A stretch of 64,000 nt of DNA from Candidatus Latescibacterota bacterium (GTDB taxonomy: Bacteria > Latescibacterota > UBA2968 > GCA-2709665): positions 4,256,001 to 4,320,000 of the forward strand of contig OZ250150.1 in NCBI GenBank assembly GCA_965237675.1. Direction: 5' to 3'. Each line of letters begins with the position of its first letter. Within the stretch, counting starts at the first letter, position 1. The notes beneath the pieces were generated by a model, which had not been told where the DNA came from, made no database searches, and saw only the letters and a program-made list of their open reading frames with translations. The translations under genes were made by a program, and so were the position numbers. Shown in pieces: positions 38,884 to 47,404 of this stretch.

Positions 38884-40026
38884 ATGAAAATTGCTCGAAT
38901 CGACCAGTTCTTCCCGCGGCCACGCACCCGCCTTCTCAGAATCACGACCGATAACGGCCTCGCAGGCTGGGGAGAAACCACCCTGGAAGGCAGACCCCGA
39001 AGCACCAGGGCCGCCGTTGAGGAACTTGCAGCCTATCTTACCGGCAAAGACCCGCTCCGTATCCAACACCACTGGCAGCATATCTACCGTTCCGCCTTCT
39101 ATCGTGGGGGCGCCGTCCTCATGACCGCGTTGGCGGGCATCGACCAGGCGCTCTGGGACATCGCCGGCAAACACTATGGCGTGCCGGTGCACCGGTTGCT
39201 TGGAGGGCCGGTCAGGGACCGCATTCGAGTCTACGCCCACTGGGGAATCAACAGCCTTACGGAAGAGGGGAAAGCGGCTGCGAGAAAACGCCTGGACAAC
39301 CTCCGGAAGAAGGGCGGCTATAAGGCCTTCAAGACCGGGCCCGGGGGCAAGTGGCGGGCGCATGAACCCCCCGCCGTCATCGATGAATTCGTCCACCGGG
39401 CGTACCTGATGCGGGAATGGGTGGGGCCCGATGTGGAACTCTGTTTCGACTTCCACGGCAAAATGACACCGGCACTGGCGGTTGAGATCTGCCAGGAACT
39501 CAAAGGCATGCGCCCGATGTTTGTGGAAGAACCCGTGCCACAGGAAAACGTGGACGCGCTCAAGCACGTTTCCGACTCCGTTCCCTTTCCCATCGCCACC
39601 GGTGAAAGGCTGCTGAGCCGATGGGAATTCCGGCGGATCTTCGAAAAACAGGCTGCGGCCTATATCCAGCCGGACGTTTCTCACGCCGGAGGCATTACCG
39701 AAACCCTTAAGATCGCCAACATGGCCGAAGTCTACTATATCCACATCATGCCGCATTGCGCCATCGGACCCGTCGCGTTCACGTCATGCCTGCACGTGGA
39801 CGCCGCCGTACCCAACTTCCTGATTCAGGAGCAGGTCGACGTGAGTCTTGGAGACGGTCTTCTGAAGAGTCCCTGGCAGGTGCAAGACGGACACATCCTG
39901 CTACCCACCGAACCCGGCCTCGGCATTGAACTCGACGAGCGTGAAGTCCGGAAAGAGAGTGATTACAGGGAGGAACTTGGCGGCGAATTTTACGACGAGT
40001 CGGACGGGAGCGTGGCCGACTGGTAG
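38884..40026 (+). CDS. dgoD: Galactonate dehydratase-like enolase superfamily enzyme
   Basis: GWGETTLEG, AGIDQALWDIAGK, DFHGK, FVEEPV, IATGERL, QPDVSHAGGITE; substrate is not certain. Confidence 0.75.
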   Translation: MKIARIDQFFPRPRTRLLRITTDNGLAGWGETTLEGRPRSTRAAVEELAAYLTGKDPLRIQHHWQHIYRSAFYRGGAVLMTALAGIDQALWDIAGKHYGVPVHRLLGGPVRDRIRVYAHWGINSLTEEGKAAARKRLDNLRKKGGYKAFKTGPGGKWRAHEPPAVIDEFVHRAYLMREWVGPDVELCFDFHGKMTPALAVEICQELKGMRPMFVEEPVPQENVDALKHVSDSVPFPIATGERLLSRWEFRRIFEKQAAAYIQPDVSHAGGITETLKIANMAEVYYIHIMPHCAIGPVAFTSCLHVDAAVPNFLIQEQVDVSLGDGLLKSPWQVQDGHILLPTEPGLGIELDEREVRKESDYREELGGEFYDESDGSVADW

Positions 40027-40086
40027 GGGTGCTCCCCTCCGCCCGCCGACAGACCGGTTGCCAGTCTACTCGATGACGCTATCGAT

Positions 40087-41352
40087 CTACCGCCAGTGCC
40101 GGCGAACGGGCACGGGCACGACCGTGGTTTCCCAGTAGTCCTCCGGCAGATCCTGCCACGCTGCAACGGTCAGGGCGTCCCGGTCCCACACCACCTCCCC
40201 CTTCCGGAGCGTCAGCTTACACGCAAGGCGCTCGGACCCGTCTATACGTCCCCATCCGCAATCCCGGAAAGAACACGCCTCCTTGAGGTGGGCGAGCACG
40301 GCGACGTCCGCCTCCGCTCCAACCCGGAGGGTACCCAGATCCGGCCGGCGAATCGCCTGCGCCGGTGTCACGGTCGACCTGAAAATCACGTCCCGCAAGG
40401 GCATTCCCATCAAAATGCATTTGGTCATCGTGTCGGTCATACTCACCACAGACCCGTGGATGTTTCCCGTATGCAGGTCCGTGCTGATCGAGTCCGGCGG
40501 AAACCCGTCCGCAATGGCTCGCACACCATTGCGGAACCAGAAACTCGCCGCTCCGTGGCCCAGATCGAACCAGACACCTCTTTCCCTGGCTTTGAACAAG
40601 TAGTCCCGGACCCGCCCGTTCCCGTCGATAACGGGAAACTGCCGGGCGAAGACGTGCGTATGAATGTCGCCGGGACGCAGCTTTTCCAGAATCAGATCGG
40701 CGTAGGACCGCTCCGGGGGCCGGGGCCAGAAATCAACCATCACCGGCATCCCGCACAGGTCGCCCGCCTCCACCGCCCGCTCGACGGACTCCCATGGTGG
40801 ATGGTCCGCGTCAAACGGCTCTCGTGGCCAGTAGTGGGCCGTCTTGATGCCCACCACCACATCCCTGTGTTCCGTTGCGGCAGACGCCGCGCCCCCAACG
40901 TCGAACGTACGGATATCCTGCTCGGTATTTCCCATCCCGGGCGCGGAGATATTTACGTAGGCCAGGATCCGGCAGGTCTTTTTTTCAATCACCGTCTCCC
41001 TGAAGTGCAGGATTTCTTCACACCCCGCCGTCCCGGTATCCACGCAGGTCGTCACCCCATCGCTCAAGAAATGCGCATCCGCATTCAGACTGCCCGTAAA
41101 TTTTCCGGGCGCGGGGTTCAGCCGATTTTCGTAAGCGTGAACGTGGATATCGATCAGTCCCGGCGTCACAAGCAGGCCGGCAACATCGATGACATGCGCC
41201 GCCCCGTCCGACGCCAGCCCCTCCGTGACCGCTGCGATCTTTCCATCTCTAATGCCCACGTCCCGAACCCCGTCCACATCATTCGCCGGATCGATGACAT
41301 GACCGCCCTTCAGCAGCAGATCCAGCCGGACGTCTTCGTGTTTTGTTTCCAT
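40087..41352 (-). CDS. Amidohydrolase/deacetylase family metallohydrolase (dihydroorotase-related)
   Basis: LLKGGHVIDP, PGLIDIHVH, GVTTCVDTG, LRPGDIHTH, FDLGHG, ISTDLH. Confidence 0.9.
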   Translation of the reverse strand: METKHEDVRLDLLLKGGHVIDPANDVDGVRDVGIRDGKIAAVTEGLASDGAAHVIDVAGLLVTPGLIDIHVHAYENRLNPAPGKFTGSLNADAHFLSDGVTTCVDTGTAGCEEILHFRETVIEKKTCRILAYVNISAPGMGNTEQDIRTFDVGGAASAATEHRDVVVGIKTAHYWPREPFDADHPPWESVERAVEAGDLCGMPVMVDFWPRPPERSYADLILEKLRPGDIHTHVFARQFPVIDGNGRVRDYLFKARERGVWFDLGHGAASFWFRNGVRAIADGFPPDSISTDLHTGNIHGSVVSMTDTMTKCILMGMPLRDVIFRSTVTPAQAIRRPDLGTLRVGAEADVAVLAHLKEACSFRDCGWGRIDGSERLACKLTLRKGEVVWDRDALTVAAWQDLPEDYWETTVVPVPVRRHWR

Positions 41353-41488
41353 CGCGCCTGCCTCCCGTTTGAGGTGAATCCACGACTCCCTACAATCCAG
41401 GTGCCTGAGACCGGCTGCCGGGGGACATGCCGGCGGCACAGGCTCCGGGTTTGTATAACGGCCGTGTCGCGGTCGAGGTATTGTCGAA

Positions 41489-41858
41489 CATGGATACGTC
41501 GCATGTTGTGGCATGGCAGATCTGGGGTATAAAATACTTCAACGCATTCAGGGATCCCTACAAATATGCACCCCTCGACGTCGCCGTCAACAACCGCCAA
41601 ACCCTCAGGAGGCCGGACGGCCCGCCTGACCACGACGCGGACGACGTTCTTTCATACAAAATGGAAAAAGGCGATCTGCTTTGGAATCAGTTACTCACCT
41701 CCCATTGGGTGCCTGCGGGTGACAGCGTCGCCGTGAGCGTTAACATCTCGCACGGCGGCATATCTTACGGTGGACAGTTCTGCCCCAACGAGACAGTCCT
41801 GAGAAAACGCTGGGAAACCCATCCCAAAGAAGCATGGCTTGTGGATACCCGCTACTGA
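41489..41858 (+). pseudogene. 5'-truncated copy of the JmjC/cupin-like gene
   Basis: Encodes only MDTSHVVAWQ...LVDTRY of 44557-45348. Confidence 0.85.
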
Positions 41859-42011
41859 CAGAGCGCGACCTCATGAGTGAGCCTGCTGGCTGCGGCCACG
41901 GTCGCCCACAAGCCGGATACCGGACGTGCGCGCCTGTGGTTGACGTTTCAGCTCCGGCGTGAGACATGAGAACGTGGCGGCATTCAGTGGCAGCCACATC
42001 GTCAATTGCAT

Positions 42012-42182
42012 ATGGCATACGGACAAAGAGACGCTCATCCGGTTTCAGGATGGCGCCGGCGTCTTCGAAATATCATATTTGAATCAGACACTCCGGCGGG
42101 CAACAGGTTCGACGTCCTGCTTATTGCCAGCATCATTCTGAGTGTACTGACCGTGATGCTGGACAGCATCGCCGCTGTGCGG
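42012..42182 (+). pseudogene. 3'-truncated copy of the potassium channel gene
   Basis: Matches the N-terminus of 45502-46332 up to MLDSIA, then diverges. Confidence 0.85.
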
Positions 42183-42280
42183 TTCGGGGGCACGAAGACG
42201 TTACACGACATGGGAAGACTGCGGCCAGAGCGCGCTCGCCGCCATCCACAACATTTGACAATATCTCGTTTGGGGGCACA

Positions 42281-43192
42281 ATGTCTGATCATCGAATGAA
42301 TTTCCTAATCAGAGAAATGACAAAAGAGTTTCGAAACGTTTGTGCCAGCGTGGCAATGGTTGTCCGTACTGCCCCAAGTCAGACAGTGCGCCTGGTTGTC
42401 CTAACGCTAGGCCTCGGGTCAGGACCAGCTGCGATCCTGTACATTCAGAAGATAGTCATTGATGAAGTCGTGGAGCACAAGGACTATTCAGTTGATGCAT
42501 CTTTGTCAGTTGCTCTTATCGTGGGGATGATTGCCTTTGTTACATGCAATCTTCTGATGGACTCCATCGAGACGATTCAGGGATTCCGAGTGGGGATTTT
42601 TGGGCGGGTTGTTGAGGGCAGAATAAAGGAGAGGGTATATCATAAGATCGCAACGTTTAACGATATAGCACTTTTTGAGACACCCGAGCTATTGAACGAA
42701 CTCGAGCTTGCGCTTCGCGGAGTTGGTAGACTAGGGAGTCTTACCGCCGTAGTTGGGAATCTTTTGATCGGAACGTTCATGGTGATTCCTGTATTGGTTC
42801 TGTCAGCTTCGATCGAGTGGTGGGTTCCGATCGTGATTTTCGGCCTAATGGTGCCGTCTGTTTGTGTTCAGCTCTATTACGAACAAAAGGCGTGGAACGT
42901 AGAGGCGCGGCAAGCAAGTCTTCAAAGGCAGGTCGGGATCTTCGAAAGGATCCTGACTTCGAGGGAATTCGCAAAGGAGCTTCGGTTGTTCGGGATCCAG
43001 TCGTTGATCCTCGATCGTTGGAAGGATAAGTTTTGGTCTGCCTTCAGAGAAGGCTACGAGGTGACGAGGCGTGGAACTTATCAGATTCTATTTTGGTCGC
43101 TTCTCAGCGTTGTCGGAGTAGGTGCGCCGTTCGTGTACGTTGTGTTTTGCCTATTTGCCAAAGTGAGACAATCGGCGTGTTTTTGGAACTGA
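42281..43192 (+). pseudogene. Truncated ABC exporter (transmembrane part only, NisT/SpaT-like), lower GC
   Basis: TM helices, FETPELLNELE, FAKELRLFGI; no ATPase domain, and the ORF runs into an unrelated junction. Confidence 0.75.
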
Positions 43193-43672
43193 GAGGTTTG
43201 CAAGGTTGAGATTTCGGATTGGGATTGCCAATACATCCTGCTCCGAGTTGCCCATCCCGGGCGCCGAGATATTGACATATGCCAGGATCAGGCAGACTTT
43301 TTTCTCGATCACGGTCTGCCTGAAATGCGAGATCTCGTCATGCCCTGCCGTCCCGGTATCCACGCAGGTCGTCACCCCGTCGCTCAAGAAATGCGCATCC
43401 GCATTCAGACTGCCCGTAAATTTTCCGGGCGCGGGGTTCAGCCGATTTTCGTAAGCGTGAACGTGGATATCGATCAGTCCCGGCGTCACAAGCAGGCCGG
43501 CAACATCGATGACATGCGCCGCCCCGTCCGACGCCAGCCCCTCCGTGACCGCTGCGATCTTTCCATCTCTAATGCCCACGTCCCGAACCCCGTCCACACC
43601 ATTCACGGGATCGATGACGTGCCCGCTTTTAAGCAGCAAGTCTAAACGAACATCCTCCTGAACTCTTTCCAT
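43151..43672 (-). pseudogene. 3'-truncated second copy of the amidohydrolase gene
   Basis: First ~146 aa are homologous to 40087-41352 (offset 2320); similarity is lost after GMGNSEQD. Confidence 0.85.
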
Positions 43673-43985
43673 TGTACCATGCTCCGGTTAAAGGTGTAAT
43701 GACGACTGCCCGCAGGCCAGTGGTCGATGGGATTCCGGCGGCCCGGTTCCCGGCGCTTCGAGGGGTGGCGCAGGAGCCGAGGCACTCTCAGAATTGAAAC
43801 ACATGTTTTTCGGTATTGCCGGTATGAATCTCTCCGTTGTTGACCGGGCGACTAGAATTTTGAAATTGCACTGCCGTATGTTATATTGTAGACGACTGTG
43901 CCGATCATCGTCCTCACTCGGCGCACCAGTCGGCTGGCATCGATAAAGAAGAGATTCGACCCGGAAACTTCGCCCTGGAGTCATC

Positions 43986-44528
43986 GTGAGTCGGAAGAGG
44001 ACCGGACTCAACAAATATCAGAAAAGAGCATTCAGAATCGGGGAAGCGCGCATCAATGGCGAGAACATCACGAGACTTTTAGAACTCTCCCGCAGCCGCG
44101 ACCCGGAAGATCGCAAAACCGCCGCCAATTTCCTGTGCCCGTGTCACCTCCGCCGACGCGTGGAGGAAGCCTGGCGCGCGCTCTACCGCATGCTCGAAGA
44201 TCCTGACCAGGGCGTGCGCAAAGCCGCGTGGCACACCCTTGAGGACGGCGGCCGCCCGGACGACCCTGCTCTGGACGACATTTTCGAACGCGCCGCGGAA
44301 GCGGATTCCGACCGGGGAATCCGACACCAGGCCGTCAATTATCTCCGCGCCCGCCGGGGTGATACGGACCTCGCGCTCAGGGTGAAGGCGCAATCGGCGT
44401 ACCCACAACGTGGCAAGTGCGACTTCTGCGGTAGAAATGACATATCCGTAACAACCGACTTCGAAACCGAAATCCCGGACGACGGCCGGATGCGCTTCAG
44501 TCTCGTCTGCGAGGCCTGCGCCAACTGA
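43986..44528 (+). CDS. HEAT-repeat protein with a C-terminal zinc ribbon
   Basis: DPEDRKTAA, LEDPDQGVRKAAWHTL, DRGIRHQA; CPCH; C-terminal CDFC...CEAC. Confidence 0.75.
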   Translation: MSRKRTGLNKYQKRAFRIGEARINGENITRLLELSRSRDPEDRKTAANFLCPCHLRRRVEEAWRALYRMLEDPDQGVRKAAWHTLEDGGRPDDPALDDIFERAAEADSDRGIRHQAVNYLRARRGDTDLALRVKAQSAYPQRGKCDFCGRNDISVTTDFETEIPDDGRMRFSLVCEACAN

Positions 44529-44556
44529 GTCCCGCGCCCGAAACGACGGAGGAACC

Positions 44557-45348
44557 ATGCAGATCATTGTCCGTAACGAAGACGAACTCAAGGAACGCTG
44601 GAACGGCCTTCAGAACTTTCTCTTCGACCCGGAGTACTTCCGTTTCGACATGGCGTTCCCATGCGCGGAAGAGGTCGTGGACATCCTTCGAAAGGACAGC
44701 CAGGCACGGATCAACATTCCCGGCGACCTCCCGGAAGATGAAGAAAAAGAGAGGGTTGCGGAATTCAAATCGCTTCCCGTCGCGGACGTTATCGATCGCC
44801 CCTTCACGCTGTCCCACTTCCATTTGCAGAATTTCTACGGAACGGGTCAATTTCTGCAGGATTTTCAGAAAAAAGTCATGATTCCGTGGCGCACCTTTCT
44901 GGCGTCGAACGGTTTTACCTGGCAACGCTGTTATCCCATCATTTTTATTTCCGGGAAGAATTGCCACTCCTCCTACCACATGGATACGTCGCATGTTGTG
45001 GCATGGCAGATCTGGGGTATAAAATACTTCAACGCATTCAGGGATCCCTACAAATATGCACCCCTCGACGTCGCCGTCAACAACCGCGAAACCCTCAGGA
45101 GGCCGGACGGCCCGCCTGACCACGACGCGGACGACGTTCTTTCATACAAAATGGAAAAAGGCGATCTGCTTTGGAATCAGATACTCACCTCCCATTGGGT
45201 GCCTGCGGGTGACAGCGTCGCCGTGAGCGTTAACATCTCGCACGGCGGTATCGCTTACGGCGGACAGTTCTGCCCCAACGAGACAGCCCTGAGAAAACGC
45301 TGGGAAACCCATCCCAAAGAAGCATGGCTTGTGGATACTCGCTACTGA
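44557..45348 (+). CDS. Cupin/JmjC-like putative Fe(II)/2-oxoglutarate oxygenase
   Basis: IFISG..SSYHMD (HxD), WQIWGIKYF, MEKGDLLW, TSHWV, SVNIS. Confidence 0.7.
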   Translation: MQIIVRNEDELKERWNGLQNFLFDPEYFRFDMAFPCAEEVVDILRKDSQARINIPGDLPEDEEKERVAEFKSLPVADVIDRPFTLSHFHLQNFYGTGQFLQDFQKKVMIPWRTFLASNGFTWQRCYPIIFISGKNCHSSYHMDTSHVVAWQIWGIKYFNAFRDPYKYAPLDVAVNNRETLRRPDGPPDHDADDVLSYKMEKGDLLWNQILTSHWVPAGDSVAVSVNISHGGIAYGGQFCPNETALRKRWETHPKEAWLVDTRY

Positions 45349-45501
45349 CAGAGCGCGACCTCCTGAGTGAGCCTGCTGGCTGCGGCCACGGTCGCCCGCA
45401 AGCCGGATACCGGACGTGCGTGCCTGTGGTTGACGTTTCAGCTCCGGCGTGAGACATGAGAACGTGGCGGCATTCAGTGGCAGCCACATCGTCAATTGCA
45501 T

Positions 45502-46332
45502 ATGGCATACGGACAAAGAGACGCTCATCCGGTTTCAGGATGGCGTCGGCGTCTTCGAAATATCATATTTGAATCAGACACTCCCGCGGGCAATTGGTTC
45601 GACGTCCTGCTTATTGCCAGCATTATTCTGAGTGTACTGAACGTGATGCTGGACAGCATCGCCCCTGTGCGGGAGACCCATGGCCATCTGCTGTACGGCC
45701 TCGAATGGTTTTTCACGCTCATCTTCACCCTCGAATACCTCATGCGGCTGATCTGTGTCGGCCGCCCCCTACGTTATGCGTCTTCCTTCTTCGGCATCGT
45801 GGACCTGCTTGCCATCATTCCCACCTACATCAGTCTGCTCCTGCCGGGCAGCCAATACCTCGTGGTCATCCGTATCCTCCGGGTACTACGCGTATTTCGC
45901 GTACTCAAACTGGTGCAACATCTGGACGCCGCCCGGATGCTCGTAGACGCGGTCCGGACAAGCGGCCGCAAGATAACGGTCTTTCTGGTCGCCGTGATGA
46001 CGGCGGTCGTCATCCTCGGTTCGCTGATGTATGTAATCGAAGACCCCGAGACCGGATTTACCAGCATCCCACGAAGTATCTACTGGGCAATTGTGACCCT
46101 CACCACGGTGGGGTACGGCGATATCTCTCCCAAAACCGTGCCCGGCCAGACCCTCGCGGCCGTCGTTATGATTCTGGGTTACAGCATTATCGCTGTGCCC
46201 TCGGGCATCCTTTCGATCGAAATCTCGCAGTCCATGAAAAACAGGGATGCGACCCGGTCCTGCTCAGGATGCAACGCCGAGACACGGGAAGCCGATGCGA
46301 ATTACTGCCGATACTGTGGCACGAAACTATAA
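45502..46332 (+). CDS. Voltage-gated potassium channel (ion transporter) with a C-terminal zinc ribbon
   Basis: S4 segment IRILRVLRVFRVLK, filter TTVGYGD, CSGC...CRYCG. Confidence 0.93.
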   Translation: MAYGQRDAHPVSGWRRRLRNIIFESDTPAGNWFDVLLIASIILSVLNVMLDSIAPVRETHGHLLYGLEWFFTLIFTLEYLMRLICVGRPLRYASSFFGIVDLLAIIPTYISLLLPGSQYLVVIRILRVLRVFRVLKLVQHLDAARMLVDAVRTSGRKITVFLVAVMTAVVILGSLMYVIEDPETGFTSIPRSIYWAIVTLTTVGYGDISPKTVPGQTLAAVVMILGYSIIAVPSGILSIEISQSMKNRDATRSCSGCNAETREADANYCRYCGTKL

Positions 46333-47305
46333 GCCGCTCGCAGCGTTCCTGCTGCTGGCGCTTGCTGTCGTCTGTTTCCGGCCCGCATCCGGGACGCCCG
46401 AACAGCGAGCTGCCGACCTGTGCACGAGCGCGGAAACCGCGGTGAGACACGGGGACGTCGAGGATGCGATGGCGTCCTACCGTGGCGCCATCGCCCTTCA
46501 CCCTGAATCCGTCCGTGCGCGTGTGGGTCTGGCGGGCCTGCTGACCAGACGCCGACGATTTGGCGAAGCGGCGGATACCCTGAAGGCGGTTTCGCTCCTC
46601 GTGTCGGGTCCCCGCGAGTGGATGGATTACGCGCGCGCCCTTCGAAATGCCCGGGCGGACGAGGAAGCCGAAGCTGCCTTTTTGAAAGCCGCAGAGGAGA
46701 TGCCGGCCAACCCGGGGGTCTCCCTCGAATTGGCCGAACTCTACGCCGTGATGGGAAACCTCGATAAAGCCGAACACCATTACCGGCGCGCCAGGTCCCT
46801 GAGCGGGGCGCGGGGCGGATATCATGCCGGCATGGGGCGCCTTCACTTCAGCCGCGGCGAACTCGACTCGACCTCGACCTACTTCCGGCAGGCCCTGCTG
46901 GAAAGTCCGGACGATATCGATTTGCTCTGCGATATCGCTCGCAACGAACTCCAGAGGAAACGGGCGCACCAGGGCATAGCCCACCTCCGACACGCGGTCG
47001 TACTGGATCCCTATCATCCACGCACGCGATACCTGCTGGCGCAGACTCTGGTCGCTCTCGGGCAGGAGGAGGAAGCCAGACGGCACCTGGATGTCTTCGA
47101 CCGCCAGAGAAGGCTGGCCGGACGCATTCGCTTTCTGGAACGGAGCGCGGCGGAGAACCCGACGGCGGAACGCTACCAGACCCTGTCTCACTACTACAGT
47201 CTGGCGGGTCGAGACAGCCTGGCCGCCGAGTGCCTGCAGAGGGCGACCGCGCTGAACCCTCTGGTCACCGCGCCCCGGGAAGTGATGGGAACCGACCGCT
47301 TCTGA
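46295..47305 (+). CDS. Tetratricopeptide repeat protein with an N-terminal signal/anchor
   Basis: Hydrophobic N-terminus; TPR-like units AMASYRGAIALHP, AEHHYRRA, HLRHAVVLDP, CLQRATALNP. Confidence 0.85.
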   Translation: MRITADTVARNYKPLAAFLLLALAVVCFRPASGTPEQRAADLCTSAETAVRHGDVEDAMASYRGAIALHPESVRARVGLAGLLTRRRRFGEAADTLKAVSLLVSGPREWMDYARALRNARADEEAEAAFLKAAEEMPANPGVSLELAELYAVMGNLDKAEHHYRRARSLSGARGGYHAGMGRLHFSRGELDSTSTYFRQALLESPDDIDLLCDIARNELQRKRAHQGIAHLRHAVVLDPYHPRTRYLLAQTLVALGQEEEARRHLDVFDRQRRLAGRIRFLERSAAENPTAERYQTLSHYYSLAGRDSLAAECLQRATALNPLVTAPREVMGTDRF

Positions 47306-47404
47306 CCTTTCCGGTTCCGGGATTTTCATCTGGCAGATTGGCGCCCGTGTTCCGCACACTGGATATCGGGCATTTTCAACCTCGTTATGGAAATTCGGCG
47401 GCAT

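Larger units (their letters stand above)
41488..42182 (+). repeat. 695-bp duplicate of 44978-45672 (3' part of the JmjC-like gene, intergenic region, 5' part of the K+ channel gene)
   Basis: Collinear at a constant offset of 3490; about 18 substitutions counted by eye. Confidence 0.92.

Noticed and set aside
45349-45501. Possible c-di-AMP riboswitch upstream of the K+ channel
   Set aside because: Short stems exist, but the conserved ydaO-motif sequence blocks are not recognisable
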